From contig OZ296655.1 in assembly GCA_965655095.1 (NCBI GenBank), positions 70,990,001 to 71,024,945 on the forward strand: a DNA stretch of 34,945 nt, read 5' to 3'. Of this stretch, positions 11,760 through 24,120 are shown one piece after another (within the stretch, counting starts at the first letter, position 1; each line of letters opens with the position of its first letter). The position numbers and the translations under genes are program-made. This DNA is from Haplodiscus bocki (taxonomy: Eukaryota). Under the pieces are notes generated by a model, which did not search any database, had not been told where the DNA came from, and saw only the letters and a list, made by a program, of their open reading frames with translations.

Positions 11760-14700
11760 GTGACTTCACTTTGCTGGCTATTCATTGGTGTTGTTTTTGA
11801 TTCTGCACACAACGTGAATTAAGTGAAAACCATACGCAATTAGTCCTAATAAAGTATTTACGGCACAAGATTCATGTCTTTAATCAATGGATGAACAGAA
11901 ACAAGTTTGTCAAGTTCAATAATTGATTGACAATTATGGCATCCGGAAAAGCATTGATGTCCACAGTCCTAGAACGATCGATGACAATATTACTATTGCA
12001 GTGCAAAAAAGAAAAGCAGATTACCAAAGGGTACCCAAAGGGTTGTAAGTACCAAACAATATCACACAATGTAACTGGCTACTGAAAGTGAAGCTGTGGA
12101 GAAAAAGATTTTGGATTATAAAATGGAGAATGATATTCCGGAATCCAAAAGACTGAATCTTCGACCATCGCCTCAGAACTGTAGATAGGTGAATGCCAGT
12201 TCTCGAAAAATATATCAACCATTGCAACATAGTCATTCTCGTCGTTCATATTAAACACTAAAACTAAAAATCACAACTGGCATCCAGTTACGGTAAATTT
12301 TCAACAACTACTTGTGAGGTAGAGGGAATAACGTTGTTCTATAATATTATCAGATCAGTTTCTGCAAACTTAGGAGAGTTGGAATTTTTGATAGCGGAAG
12401 GAAAGCCGTCGATCATAGTTTTAACAGAAACTTGGTTTAAAAACAACGACGACGTTAATCTTCATTGCCTTGAAGGTTATCAAAAACCGTTCACAAGCGT
12501 TAGGAGTGAACAACGAGGTGGTGGAGTAGCGATATATGTATCAGAGTGCCTGCAAGCTAAATTAGTACACACAGACGAAGACTTTGAGTCCGTCTCGACG
12601 AAAGTAGGAAATAAAAAAAAAGCAAAATCATTGTTTTCTGCTTCTACTGCCAACCTTCGCGAAATAAAAACAACTAATTAAATCAAATTGAAGAAATGTT
12701 AGAGAGAAATGGAGATTTACCGCAATTGGTAGCCGGTGACTTTGACATTGATCTGTTGCTAGATGAGCTGGTCTTACAGAAGAAATCAGAAAACATGATG
12801 ACTGCAGATTGTTTCAGTCTAATCAGTTTGAGAGAAGCAACCCAAGAAACTGAACTGCTAGCTCTTGTATAGATGCCATTTTTGGCAAGCTAGCACTGCT
12901 AAAGTCTACAGTTGGAAAAACAACATTTAATTCATTACAGGTTGCATTTAAAATTGGATCTTGAGTACGAAGCTATGGAATATATATAACATTTTCGATG
13001 CGTGAAAAAGCTTGAGAACAGGGATTATAGCGAAAATTTTTCAGTTTATTTAGCACACACACTGGGAAAAAATGAGGACAGTGGTCAGTCTGGAGAATCA
13101 TACATCACGAAGCTTGCTGAAGTCATTAAAAGAGTAACGGATAGATATTTTCCTAGCCAAGATCTCAAAAAGTTCTCTTACCCGGAAAAGATTGAATAAC
13201 AAATCGTATCAAAAGACACACAAAAATTTGTGATGAACTCTTCCAGTTTTCCTTAGGTCTAAATCAGAAAGAAGCCATCTAAAGTCAAAAACAAAAGAAG
13301 CGAAATCAATATGGAAAATAAATTCGCTAAGCGAAGAGACGTACAAAACAAAATTGATCATAAAAATACCAGGGATTTTTTCAATTATATTAGGAAGATG
13401 AAGAGAGTAGTTTCTGATATCAAAACAAATGAAGACTTAACAGCAAATGTTTTCAATGATTACTTTTGATTGCTTGTGAGACCAGAGTTTCTCTGATTTC
13501 GGAATATTGCATTGCATCAGACAATAATCAACAGACCCAGTCAATGTACTTTTCGTGTGTCAATAATGAAGAGGTTTGTACAATAATCTAAAAATTGAAA
13601 GGCAAAAAATCCATCGGTTTCGATGGTATTGACGTAAAAGTTTTGAAGCATTCAGCTGAAAGTATTTGCAAATATTCGTTTGTCGATTTGAGCAAATGTA
13701 TTTCTGAAGGCATTTTCCCGAGAATAATGAAAGTAGTTAAAGTCATTCCGATATATAAAGAAGGTGAAAAAAGCTTCACCCAGCAACTATAGAACTGTTT
13801 CCATCCTGGGAAATTTATCAAAAATCTTCGAGAAAATTTTTCAGAAACGCTGAAAAACATATCTTGAGAAGCATTCATTACTGACAGAATATCAATTTGG
13901 ATTTAGAAAAAAGAAAGATACTGTTCAAGCTGCTACGTTGCTGTGGAAAACAATACAATCAAATTGGGCCACCAAAACACTCTCGATGGGCGTTTTTCTC
14001 GATTTTCGCAAATCTTTCGATACTGTAGCTCATGAAGTTTTACTCCAAAAATGTCATAGTTTGGACGTCCGTGGAAACGTACTTGCACTGATGGCCACCT
14101 ATTTAGCAGATAGGAAACAGTTTGTGAACGTGAATTCTGAGAATTCCAACCTTCTACTCGTTAAACGAGGTGTCCCTCAAGGGTCAGTTCTCGGACCGCT
14201 TCTATTTCTTGTGTACTTAAACGAAATTGGATCAAATGCAAACATCATAAGTAAATTGTTACTATATGCGGATTTCACAGTTCTTATGAAAAATTCACCT
14301 TCGGAGACTGGAGATCTGAATTATGTACAAACTTGGTTAGCCCTAAATACGGTCGATTTGATATATATGAAATCCAAAATTGTAAATTTTGAGAAGCGAA
14401 CAAATGTTTATGGAAAAATTGAACTTGATGAACAAATTCGATTATTGCGCAAGTTAAAAATATTTGGAAATTTATTCCGATAAAAAGCTGAATTTTGATA
14501 TACATATTAGAAGGGTTGCCGAGAAGCTTTCGAAACAATGCGGCATTGTCTATAAACTTAGGTAAACATTGAACACATCTCACTTAATTCCTTACATCAG
14601 CGTATGTGTCCCCGATTGTCCAATATGGCATACTTTTGTATGGGGTTTGGAGAAAAACAATGCTTCAACAGATTTTGGTTGTTCAGAAAAAGTTATTCCG

Positions 14701-15292
14701 CATAGCATTCCGGCTGCCATATAGATCTAGTGTCTTATAAAAATTTAAAGACTGCAAAAGATGCCTTGTAAATGAATTACATTTATACGAGCTTCTCAAA
14801 AATTCCTTATCTCAAATACGTAACAATTTTCAGAGCCTTGATATAGGGTCCCAGGAGAAAGATACGAGAAACAGGGAAAAAAACATCCCGAACTATGCTG
14901 CAAACAATGATAAACTGGATTTCCGCGCCATTAGGTTGGTTAAAACTTTGAGAAAAGGGGGAGCGATCATGAAGTATATGAGATGAAAGATGAGCAACTG
15001 CGAATTTTTCAACACAAAATCGCAGATTTGTATTTTTTTGGTAAAGGTGAACTGGTTGAGTTAGTTTTTTAAATCCTGATCATATCATCGATGGAGAAAC
15101 CACCGAACCTCTACTTCACAACACAAAAAACATAAACTCTAAAATTCATTTCAGTTCAAAGGTCTCCCCTTGAAAAGCCTGATTGCCTTTGGGAGGTCTT
15201 TTTGGGAGTTGAGGTCGCTCTGTACAGTATTTTAAAATAACAGTACCAAATGTATTTGACTCCTGATGAAATAAATTATTAAATTATAAATT
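11760..15292 (+). mobile_element. Non-LTR retrotransposon (LINE), CR1 group (L2/Daphne/Kiri-like), decayed; 5' end approximate
   Basis: APE and RT coding remnants, a 3' UTR with stem-loop potential (15164-15263), AATAAA at 15270 and a short A/T-repeat tail (aataaattattaaattataaa). No TSD found. Confidence 0.88.
12310..15072 (+). pseudogene. LINE ORF2: apurinic-like endonuclease plus reverse transcriptase
   Basis: APE motifs NIIRS, IVLTETW, RGGGVAIY, VAGDFDID, CIDAIF. RT motifs KSIGFDGI, KVIPIYKEG, NYRTVSIL, QFGFRK, FLDFRKSFDTVAH, GVPQGSVLGPLLFLVYLN and YADF (decayed YADD). Terminal TAA at 15070-15072. Multiple frameshifts. Confidence 0.93.
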
Positions 15293-15962
15293 TGATCTCA
15301 GGTTCTTTTGAAAACCAATCTAACACCATAATTCAGCATGTAGGAGCATGACGAAAACATATCTTTGGTGGCTCGGCCGGAAATTTCCAATCACAAATTT
15401 TTTCTCCCAAGTTCCTAAAACCAGCTACTCAGTTGAATGTTTCACGTGTAGGGTTACAGAATCATGTTTCATATAAATAACCCCATATTTTACTTCATCC
15501 TAGTTTTCATATCCTTCTAGTGAGATTTTCAAATACGGCGTTAAGAAAAAAATACAAAGTGAAAAGTAGCTCTTGGCAGATCTTTTACATTACACAGTTA
15601 CTGATTTCGAAAATCATATCTTTTGCAAAGGCTTGTCACATAAAAAACCTTTCAAATCTAAATTTTGCAAGAATCATCTCTCTTGTATTTAGGCTTTTTG
15701 GGTTATCCTTGCGCACATTTTTGCACATGATGTACATACTCATCTTAAACATACAATCCAAACAAAGCCCCACAGGTACCGGATTAAAATAAAATCTATC
15801 TAAAAGACAACAAAAGTTTTGCTAAATCAGACTTACCCAATCACTTCAATTTATTTGTGAATAAACCTGAGTTCCGTCAGCGAGAACTAAACGTACAATG
15901 ATTCCATCATTTACAAGTTTGATTGTAAATGTCTCGAAAAAAATCTCATTAGATTTGATTTG

Positions 15963-16745
15963 TGTCAAGCGAGGATCCCGCGTTCCCAAGAGCTGTAAAA
16001 TTCAGGGCTCTTGATATTTCTGCTATGCTGCTTTGGTTGATTTCGGCTTGCGAGGAGTGAGCACGGGGACCCACCGTTTGGTTTTATTTTGCCGAGCTGT
16101 CCTGTATGAGTCAATTAAGTTCTGAGTCAACGCCAAAATCTGGGTATTGAAGGGTTCTACGCTAGTTTTGATGCTTTTTTGAATTCTGACGACACTCCAG
16201 AGGTGGATTCATCATTTGTGCCCGTTTTTTGTACACCGGATGTTTTGCTGATTGCTACGGTGTCAATAGTTATTTTCGGATGTAAAATTTGTGTGTGAGA
16301 GTTACCACTTCTACGCTCATCGGAAAAGTTCATATAACCGGTGAAAGGTTTAGATTTTACTATTCAGCTGGGAGCTATACTGGAGTGAAATTTCACTTAT
16401 TAGGGTAAAAATTGAGGAGGCAAACGGATGTAAAGTGATGCGTGCGTTAAACAAGTTCCAACTCTGTGGATACCTCTGAGTTGTGTAGGTTGACTTCCCA
16501 CAACGAGGGGTTAGCACTCGTTAAACACTGTTCCATTTTTGCTTCTCTGCGTTAGGATTTGTCCGATAACGTGACCAACGGAATGACGCAACCCTTACCA
16601 TCGATGAGCTCTTACTGGCTCTTCACCTTTGACGTCAATTGATTATTTCAGGTGCGAATTGGAAATCCACTGCTAAAGTGTCAAACGCAAGATTTGCTTC
16701 ATGTATATTATTGCGCATTTTGTGCTAGGATAGAATATGGCGACA
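15963..16745 (-). mobile_element. Probable solo LTR (~783 bp)
   Basis: A more GC-rich island bounded by TGTC...GACA (minus strand TGTCGCC...GCTTGACA), containing a TTGACGTCAA palindrome at 16629-16638. The flanks atttg and acttt match only 3 of 5, so the TSD is weak. Orientation is tentative. Confidence 0.4.
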
Positions 16746-17139
16746 ACTTTTTCCTAACAATCGAAATTTATCTTTAAATTTGACATAGGTACAGCATTTT
16801 AGTGTAAGAATCATTAATTTAGCTTGTTCACACTTTGCATCGTAAAAAGTCCGTTTGCTAGTTTTTACAGCTATTTCGATATACAAAAACATGGGAAAAA
16901 ATCTCTAAACTTTTGTATCAGCTAGTTCAGTTGGGGCTTGTAATGCTCTAGTTATTCAGGGCATCTTAAAGTGTCGTATAAGTTGATACATCTGAATATG
17001 ATCAAGATTTATGGTATACTACAATCGGACGACGGAAAACGACTGATTAACATGTAGTTAACGATTTTAGCGAAAAAATCCCTGAACGTTACATTCTCTG
17101 GAAACGCGGTATCCTGGCCCGACAAGACCACACGAATTA

Positions 17140-17485
17140 CACACTGTGGTATGTCAATAAAGAAACAAAAAGTCTGCTTATCACACCTAACTTCTTTTGA
17201 AACGTATACAGTGTCAGCACTCAGCATTCAACCCTTACGTTTCTTTTCTTGGAAACTTCAGTTTTTAGAGTCCCAGAACTCCCACCGTGCTTTCAATTTT
17301 TTTACAGTCCTTATGTTTACGTTCGTTTTGACGAAGTTAAAAGATGCGGCGAAAGGTTTCACCACAATTTGGACAATCGTGTGTATCTATACGTTCTCAA
17401 TGCACTGTGCCTCTTGATGCCATAGTCACTGACTCACCTTGAGTCGTCTTTGAGAAAACAAGACCATTGTGTACACAAATGTGTT
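17140..17485 (-). pseudogene. C2H2-like zinc-finger fragment resembling the N-terminus of the Polinton pPolB
   Basis: Minus frames read HLCTQW..FSKTTQGE..YGIKRHSA..THDCPNCGETFRRIF*LRQNERKH. This parallels CPNVSTKIQND..LIAKKHS..TF*CKTCHQQFPGF at 22740-22870. Confidence 0.4.
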
Positions 17486-17899
17486 AATGCTGAAAAATTC
17501 CTCCTATGTCGTGCAAAGTTTTGTCGTAAAAATTTTGTTCTCGAAATCTCAGAACTGACATTATCGGTATGATTAACGTGATCGACAAGAGAAAGTGTAG
17601 AGTTATTGAAAGTAAGTTTGCAGAGTACAACTGTTCCGCAACAATCAGACGGTTATATAATACTAAAATACAATTCATCACTTGTTACTGTCTATGGTTG
17701 GATTATTGTATTGTGAATTTTGAAAATAAATGCAAAACGGAAAACTACATTGCAAAAACAAGAACATAGGGTATATAGCCAAAAAATATTAACTGGGATG
17801 GTTGTCTTCGATCAAAATTTTCACCTTGGTTATCGACAAAGAGACATGCTAAAAGCTTTAAAATGGTCTTGTTAACATCCTTTGGAGGGACGACCATCC

Positions 17900-17969
17900 G
17901 TCTGAGAAAAATAGTCAAAAGATCAAACGTTGACTCAAAACGGGGACACTATGTCTGAGAAAAATAGTC
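17900..17969. repeat. 17-bp perfect direct repeat (gtctgagaaaaatagtc) x2
   Basis: Copies at 17900-17916 and 17953-17969. A related string, tgtctgagaaaaacaatc, occurs at ~23341 and ~26137. Confidence 0.8.
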
Positions 17970-18769
17970 CACAAAAACGAAAGTTCTTTCAAGTCGTGAC
18001 AGTTTCGCTGACAAGGAACTAGAGTTCCTTCCTAAACTAGCAAAACACAAGCAACAGGAAGTATTAGAAGGTGTCTTCAGGACTGCGAAGGAACAAGTAT
18101 TGCAAAACAATCTGCCGTTAGGGATACCATAGTTTTGTTTCTATAGAGGCAGTTTTTTTTCGGTCCCTGTTTTGCCTCTTAGCCCAAATGTCTGATGTTT
18201 TTTCAGTTTTCGACAAATGAGTACCTCTGACCACGACAAATAACCACAAATGCAGGTTCCCGTAAAAATCATTGCCACATCAATTTTCTGTATATGAAGA
18301 AATTCTTCTTTTTGAAGCAAGAAGTCAAAAAAAATTTCACTGAAACTGTTTAGAATTTTTCCAATCTGAAGGTGAAGGTCTTGATTATAGTGTGGTTTTC
18401 CACAGCATGCCAGCCAGAAATAATTGCAATTATAATCCGACATTTTCCAGCAAGGTTTGTGACCATATGAAGCGTTGCTTTCGTAGAAAGGATGTGCATG
18501 GTGGTTTCTTGTTTCTTAACCGATCAGTCTTTATTACTTTTATTAAAGGTTTGCAAAGTCACAATTGTTATTAGTACAAGTGCGAGCAGCCCAGGTGGGA
18601 GGGTTTGAAGTCCATGTGCATAAAGATAAACATTATTGTGCCGGAAGGACCTGAGAGCCGAGAAGGGTCTTCAACCCCAGACAGGAGGTCCCGGATGATG
18701 TAACATTCGGTTCTGATGTGCTGACAAAATTTAAGGGTTTTTCGTGCTCGATTTTGATTGGCTGCCAAG

Positions 18770-21700
18770 AGCTTTTGGTTGCAACATCGTGATTGTTTAA
18801 TCGGAAACCTCCGTTTGTTGACTTGGTGCTTTTATTTTCATCTAGGACGCAGCGATATTTTTCCAAGGTCCATCGCTGCTCAACTCGAGTATACGTTTGA
18901 TCAGACATTTACAACTGACTTTATACTTGTTTGTGGTAACATCGAAGCAGCAGCAAAACTTGCAACATAAAAATAACATCTCCGTGTATCTGATTTCCTC
19001 TTTGAGGAGTCCAGGTTCTCCCTTGTCAAGTTTTTTGTGCATGTCACAGCACTTTTGGGGGAAGAAATCTGCGACTGCACCGGCAGTGAAACTATCGGTA
19101 CAACCGTTCGACAGCATATGCTCCCACTCTGCTTTCATTTCTGGTCGTATACAATCTTCCAGTACCTTTTCGGCAAGAGCAAGGTACAGAGAATCTGTTT
19201 CCATCTGCAACTCTGCGAACTTGTTTACTTCACAAAATTTAGTGAAAAATTTTGTAATAGAGTTCCAACATTCGGAGTTTTAGTACTGAAGGATGAAAAA
19301 GCCGACAATGATTGGTTCCTTGTGTTAAATCTCTGCTTTGACGAGTTCAATTTCAAATCATGCTTTGTTCACATGAGTTTGTTTGCCGAACAGTTTACTA
19401 TCAATGGTGGCATGCGTCTTTTCATCGTTTAGGTATTTTGTCAGAGTCTGTCGGCTCCGATCCATAGTCTGATAACCATGGTAACTTTTAAGTAACAGCT
19501 TCGTTGTCTCTGCAATGACACTTGAATTGGGATTCTTTTCCTTATGTCTTCCCACATCTAGCGCTGACTGTACGAAGCTGTTGAAACACTTTCGTAGGGT
19601 GTACTCAACAAAACAGTGTTTTTTGTACAAAGAAGACACAAGTCAAGATAAATGTGATGCAGAGAACTGATCAGTGTACCGTTTCTTTAGGTGAAGCATG
19701 AAATCATTATTTTCCAAGGTTTCAACTTTATTCGTTCATCGTAGGCATACGTTTCTATTAAGTCACCATTATCATTCCAGCTAAGTGAAATTTTCTTGAA
19801 GATCAGAGGGAAGTTAGCAAAGTTGGCTCTCAATCTTTAAAGTACTTCAATGTGGCATTGAACGCAACCAAAACTTTTTCCGTTTGTTATTTCTTCTAAA
19901 AGGTGCTCAGCTGGAACTGAATGTCTGTAAGGGAAGTTTCCTCGGAAATGTTTTTTCAACAGTCTGTTGTACAGTCTCCATCACTCACACTCCCACATTT
20001 TATTGGCAGTCAAGCCTTTATCTCGTACATAGATCCGTCTCATTTCATCGAACTCTCTCTTCCTTTTCCCAAGTCGAAAATCCATTTCCGAGAGACGGTT
20101 GAGCTTCTCGACCTGGACAAAATTGATAAAACAGCCCGTGGATTCAGAAGCGTTGTTGCAATGAGAACAAAACCATCAACACTGAAGCAGTCATTTTTTT
20201 CTGTCTGCCTGTTGTATAAAAGCACTCGACTGTGCAATCTGGTCTTGTTTCTTGAAATTAGGACATGACCATATTTTCAACGCTGCGGGTCATGTTTTGT
20301 CGCGGTGTGAATCTATTTGCTTTCGCTCGAGATCCCAATGTATACAACAGCAGGTTGAGACATTGAATATGGGTATAGTTGGCTAGTATCAATCCCAACA
20401 GTTGATTTGCATATGTTTGTAGACTTTCGTTATGAATTTTCATCAACATTTGATATTCGTGTGAAAACGATGTAAGGACCACCAGAAACATCTTCCCCAA
20501 GTTCTCCAATAGGTCTTTGTCTGCCTAAGTGAAGGGATACAATTCTGTATCTGTATATTTGTGTAGACAAATGTTGGTCTCGTCTGGCAATGTACAACCA
20601 AGCTTTAACATATAGATTTCTTTGTGGTAGTAAAAAGCAATCGTTTTCTGCATTGCCTCTAAAGCGGGAAGAACACATTTCTTGTTATTGGATTGCAAAA
20701 TTTTTTGAATCAGCCCATTTGTTGCTGCTTCCATAATTGCTGCAGGTATTGATAGTTCTCAACTCCTGTAGCTGGTGGCTGTGATAAATGAGAATTCATA
20801 ACGGCTTTTTCTGTGGTTAGTCCACTTTTTAAAATATTAACAAAGTCATTGTAATCTGCTGGGAGAGGAAAAGACCTCAGGAGTTAAATATAAAAGGCGT
20901 CATACTGGGGACGTTCTGTATTCTGCATGTTGTCAAAGTGATAATACCATTCGTACGGGAAAAATATTTTAGGTCTGAAGTTTCGTCTGCCTTCAATATT
21001 GAATCAAAAATTCTTGCTCCGCGGAGCTCTTCCATTACATCCAATAGCTCAATATCGAAAAATTTGAACGATATAAAGTGGTTCGCTTTCTTGATGACAG
21101 TAGGTTCAATGTCTTCTTCGTTAAAAAGAATGGGTAGCAAAAATGATTTGAAAAAAAATGAGATAATATTTTGCACTGATGAAACCAAACACAGATAATA
21201 CGTTGCAATATCGTTCCAAATGTTCCGGCACTTCATGTAAATGAGTCTTCCATAACTGTAAGAACTGAATACAGGCAGAACGCTCATCGTCACAATCAGC
21301 CAGGTATGTGTGCTGCTATCTTTTGTGACGCTGGTTGAGTTCCTCCAAAATTCTGCCCAGTTTAATGTTTATTGTTATCTCGGTATCAAATCAACGAAAG
21401 TTTCATTTGAGTTTTGCTCTGTAAAACCAGATTTTGAACAGATTCAATGAAGAATGCAACGAAGTGATGAGAATCAGAGTGGCAAGGGAAGATTGATTCA
21501 TTATCAACATCTGAGCAAATGAAGATAACTATCGGAACTTGTTTCCCCATCCATGTTGTTGGGCTTGTGTGTTCGAAGGTCTCTTCTTGGACACAAACGG
21601 ATTGGAAGTCGAAAATTGCTTAAAAATGAAGAGTTTTTGTTGACTCGTATACCTAAAACCAAAAGAGTCCAGCTTGTAAAAGAGAGTTTCTGGAATTTGA

Positions 21701-22983
21701 TATGCGTTCCTGTGATAGACGTTTTTCACTCGTTCACTGCATGTAGTTAAATGTCGCTCCAAATTGAATGTGCTTTGACAAACTGTCACAATTAGGGCAG
21801 CGAAAGGATGAAACACTGCAGTCTTATTGCTCACACAACATATGTTTTTTTTGTATCTTTGTCTCTCTACAGCCTTTTCGTTTTTCTGCACATTTTGTCC
21901 TCAAGTTTCTCCGATAATGTTTCCATCTGTAATATGTAGGTCGTAAAGAAGAGTATTGAGTTTCACCATGTCCTCATTAGTTGGAATATCGTTGGTGTGG
22001 ACTCCCTTGAACTGATTGAGACTAAATCCGTCCAATATATTTATGAATGAGATGAAAATTTTTGAAAATTCTTCTGACAGTTTACAGTTTCCCTGCAAAA
22101 TGAGAGCAATAGCAGCGAAAAGACACAAACTGTCGTCTGAAGGATGTCTTGTATTCTCCTCATACAGAAGAGAGGTAATTGCGCAGTTTTTCAATAGAAG
22201 TTCGTATAAGACAGCGTTCGTGCAACCTATAGGTACGTCCTTGAGTGACGCAGCAAATACTGGTAAGTTTGTCAACCTGTAGAACCTCCTTTTTGTATTC
22301 ATTTTTTTTCTACTACAAGTCTCGATGACGTCAGTTTTGCTACGAAAATCCTTTAGTTTTGCCAAAAAGTCCTTGGTGCACACAAGTTTGTATCAATCCA
22401 ACAGGGTATTGTTTTCGTATGCGTAGAAATATCTGAATACTCCGTCTTTTATCTTTTTCAAAAGGAACCCAAAAGCTAAGTTCACCTTCGATGCACACAA
22501 TAGTTCAGTGAAAAACTGATCAAACTCTCCGTCACTATTGTTGCGTTGAGGTTTTCTTTTGCATTGTTGAATATATTGTGACTTGCATGTTTAAATTGAG
22601 AATCTACGAGGAAATGTTGACTTGAGTGCAAGTCCTCTTTCAATTTCGCATCATCAACTTTGTTGAGAAGTTTGTCAGGATCAACATTTTTTGTCTTAGT
22701 GGGAAAACTTTGTTGGGTGTTTTTATTTTGACTTGAAGTGTAAATCCTGGAAACTGTTGGTGACAAGTTTTACACTAGAAAGTTACATCAGGTTTTTTGT
22801 CGCTATGCTTCTTAGCAATAAGATAATTCTGATCATTTTGGATCTTTGTTGAGACATTGGGACACCAGGACCGATGCAGAGTCCGGGAAAAACAACTCTT
22901 CTTGTGACGATCAAGATAAAGCTTTATCGTTTGGGTATCAAAATTTTGAAAAGTAACTTTATCTTTGCGATTGGGGCACTCAT
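18770..22983 (-). pseudogene. Protein-primed family B DNA polymerase (pPolB) with N-terminal zinc fingers and internal Vsr-like nuclease
   Basis: ExoI IFDFQSVC (~21610); ExoII VFGFISAKY (~21180); GGPYIVFTR; motif A VGIDTSQLYPYSM (~20390); Vsr-like VDGF..GCF..CP..MWECE*W (~20190-19980); motif B KLLLKSYHGYQTMDR (~19490); motif C METDSLYLAL (~19200); PGLLKEE; TNGGFR. The extreme C-terminus appears lost after ~18780. Many frameshifts. Confidence 0.92.
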
Positions 22984-24120
22984 GTCAGTAATAAGAGTTT
23001 AACAGAAAATTCTCAAAAAAGTAAAAGTTGTAGCAATTTGACTGTAGCAATGCAGAAGAAATAATGGCAAAATTATGTAACAAGTGTTACCCATTACGAT
23101 ATACCATAGATGGAAAGACCAATAAAAAAAGACAGAAAAAAAAGAAGGAAATGCGGACCGAAAACGGAGTTGCCAATCAGTTTCTTCCAACTTGGAAACC
23201 GGATGTATTTTTTTGAAATACTAACTGAGCGGATGAAACAGCTTGTCTTTGGAAACAGTTCAATTGGAACAAATTTCACCTTATATGAAGACAGACTGAG
23301 TCAGAAAAAATTTCAATTGGATCAACATCGCCAGAAACCATGTCTGAGAAAAACAATCAAAAGCAGCAAATTCACACAAATGGGCGTCAGATGGTCTAGA
23401 GAAAATCTTCAAGTGGAACATAATCAATTGACGAGGAGACTGTTTGTCCGAGAAACATAATTTGTTTGCCTTTTTTTTTGATCTCAACTGTCAATCAGAA
23501 AGACTTCCATATAAGGAACAACTGTTGAATTTTCCACAGAATCTGTAGTGTAGAGGTTAAATGTTTTCGATTTAAGAAACTGCCAACGTAGCTTTTTGTA
23601 GTGTCCTGGTGAAGCTATTATGTATTCAACTACTAAAAGATAGTTTCGTATTCAAATATCCGAAAAAGACATATTGAAACTTTTTTGGTTCAAAAAATGG
23701 TTGCCCGTGTTGTCAATCCTAAAAATTGAACTCTTCAACTAATCCACATCGGCATACACCACCAAAGATTTCATTTTGCAACGTTTTTTGACTAAAGGTA
23801 AGTGATGTCTGTCAAAAAGCAAAATCTCGTTTTATGCCAATTTTACTCATTTTAAGAAGAAGTATGAGAGAAACTTTTGGACAAAACTGACGTGGATAGT
23901 TCCTTTTACAACAACATTTGTGATAATTTGCAGTCCCAGCTTCGAATAGCACGTGTTGGCGGAGGCTATAACAAAAAGTCTCGCGATCAAGTTGTTCTGA
24001 TTTTGTGATTTGAAGACAGTGCAGCGTTATATCCTCCAAGAAAAAATGGAAATTTCCAAGAGACGAGTTCTTTTGGTCGACAAAATGCGCATTTTCCTGG
24101 AAACTTGTGACAAAGCAAGC

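Noticed and set aside
13588-14583. Minus-strand ORFs in the LINE (and 32881-33324 over the ATPase)
   Set aside because: These are antisense shadows of recognisable plus-strand genes.
15330-15880. Possible short exons and a mini-intron (minus GTAAGT at 15836; plus frame ..VECFTC..)
   Set aside because: All joined frames contain stops and the phases do not match the upstream candidate exon.
32-18573. The gB-like glycoprotein being a cargo gene of the Polinton
   Set aside because: It lies ~16 kb outside the apparent Polinton left end, separated by a LINE and LTR-like pieces. Nothing in the window links them.
18758-22282. Plus-strand ORFs over pPolB (18897, 19037, 19921, 20938, 21553, 22016)
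   Set aside because: These are antisense shadows of the minus-strand polymerase with no independent motifs.
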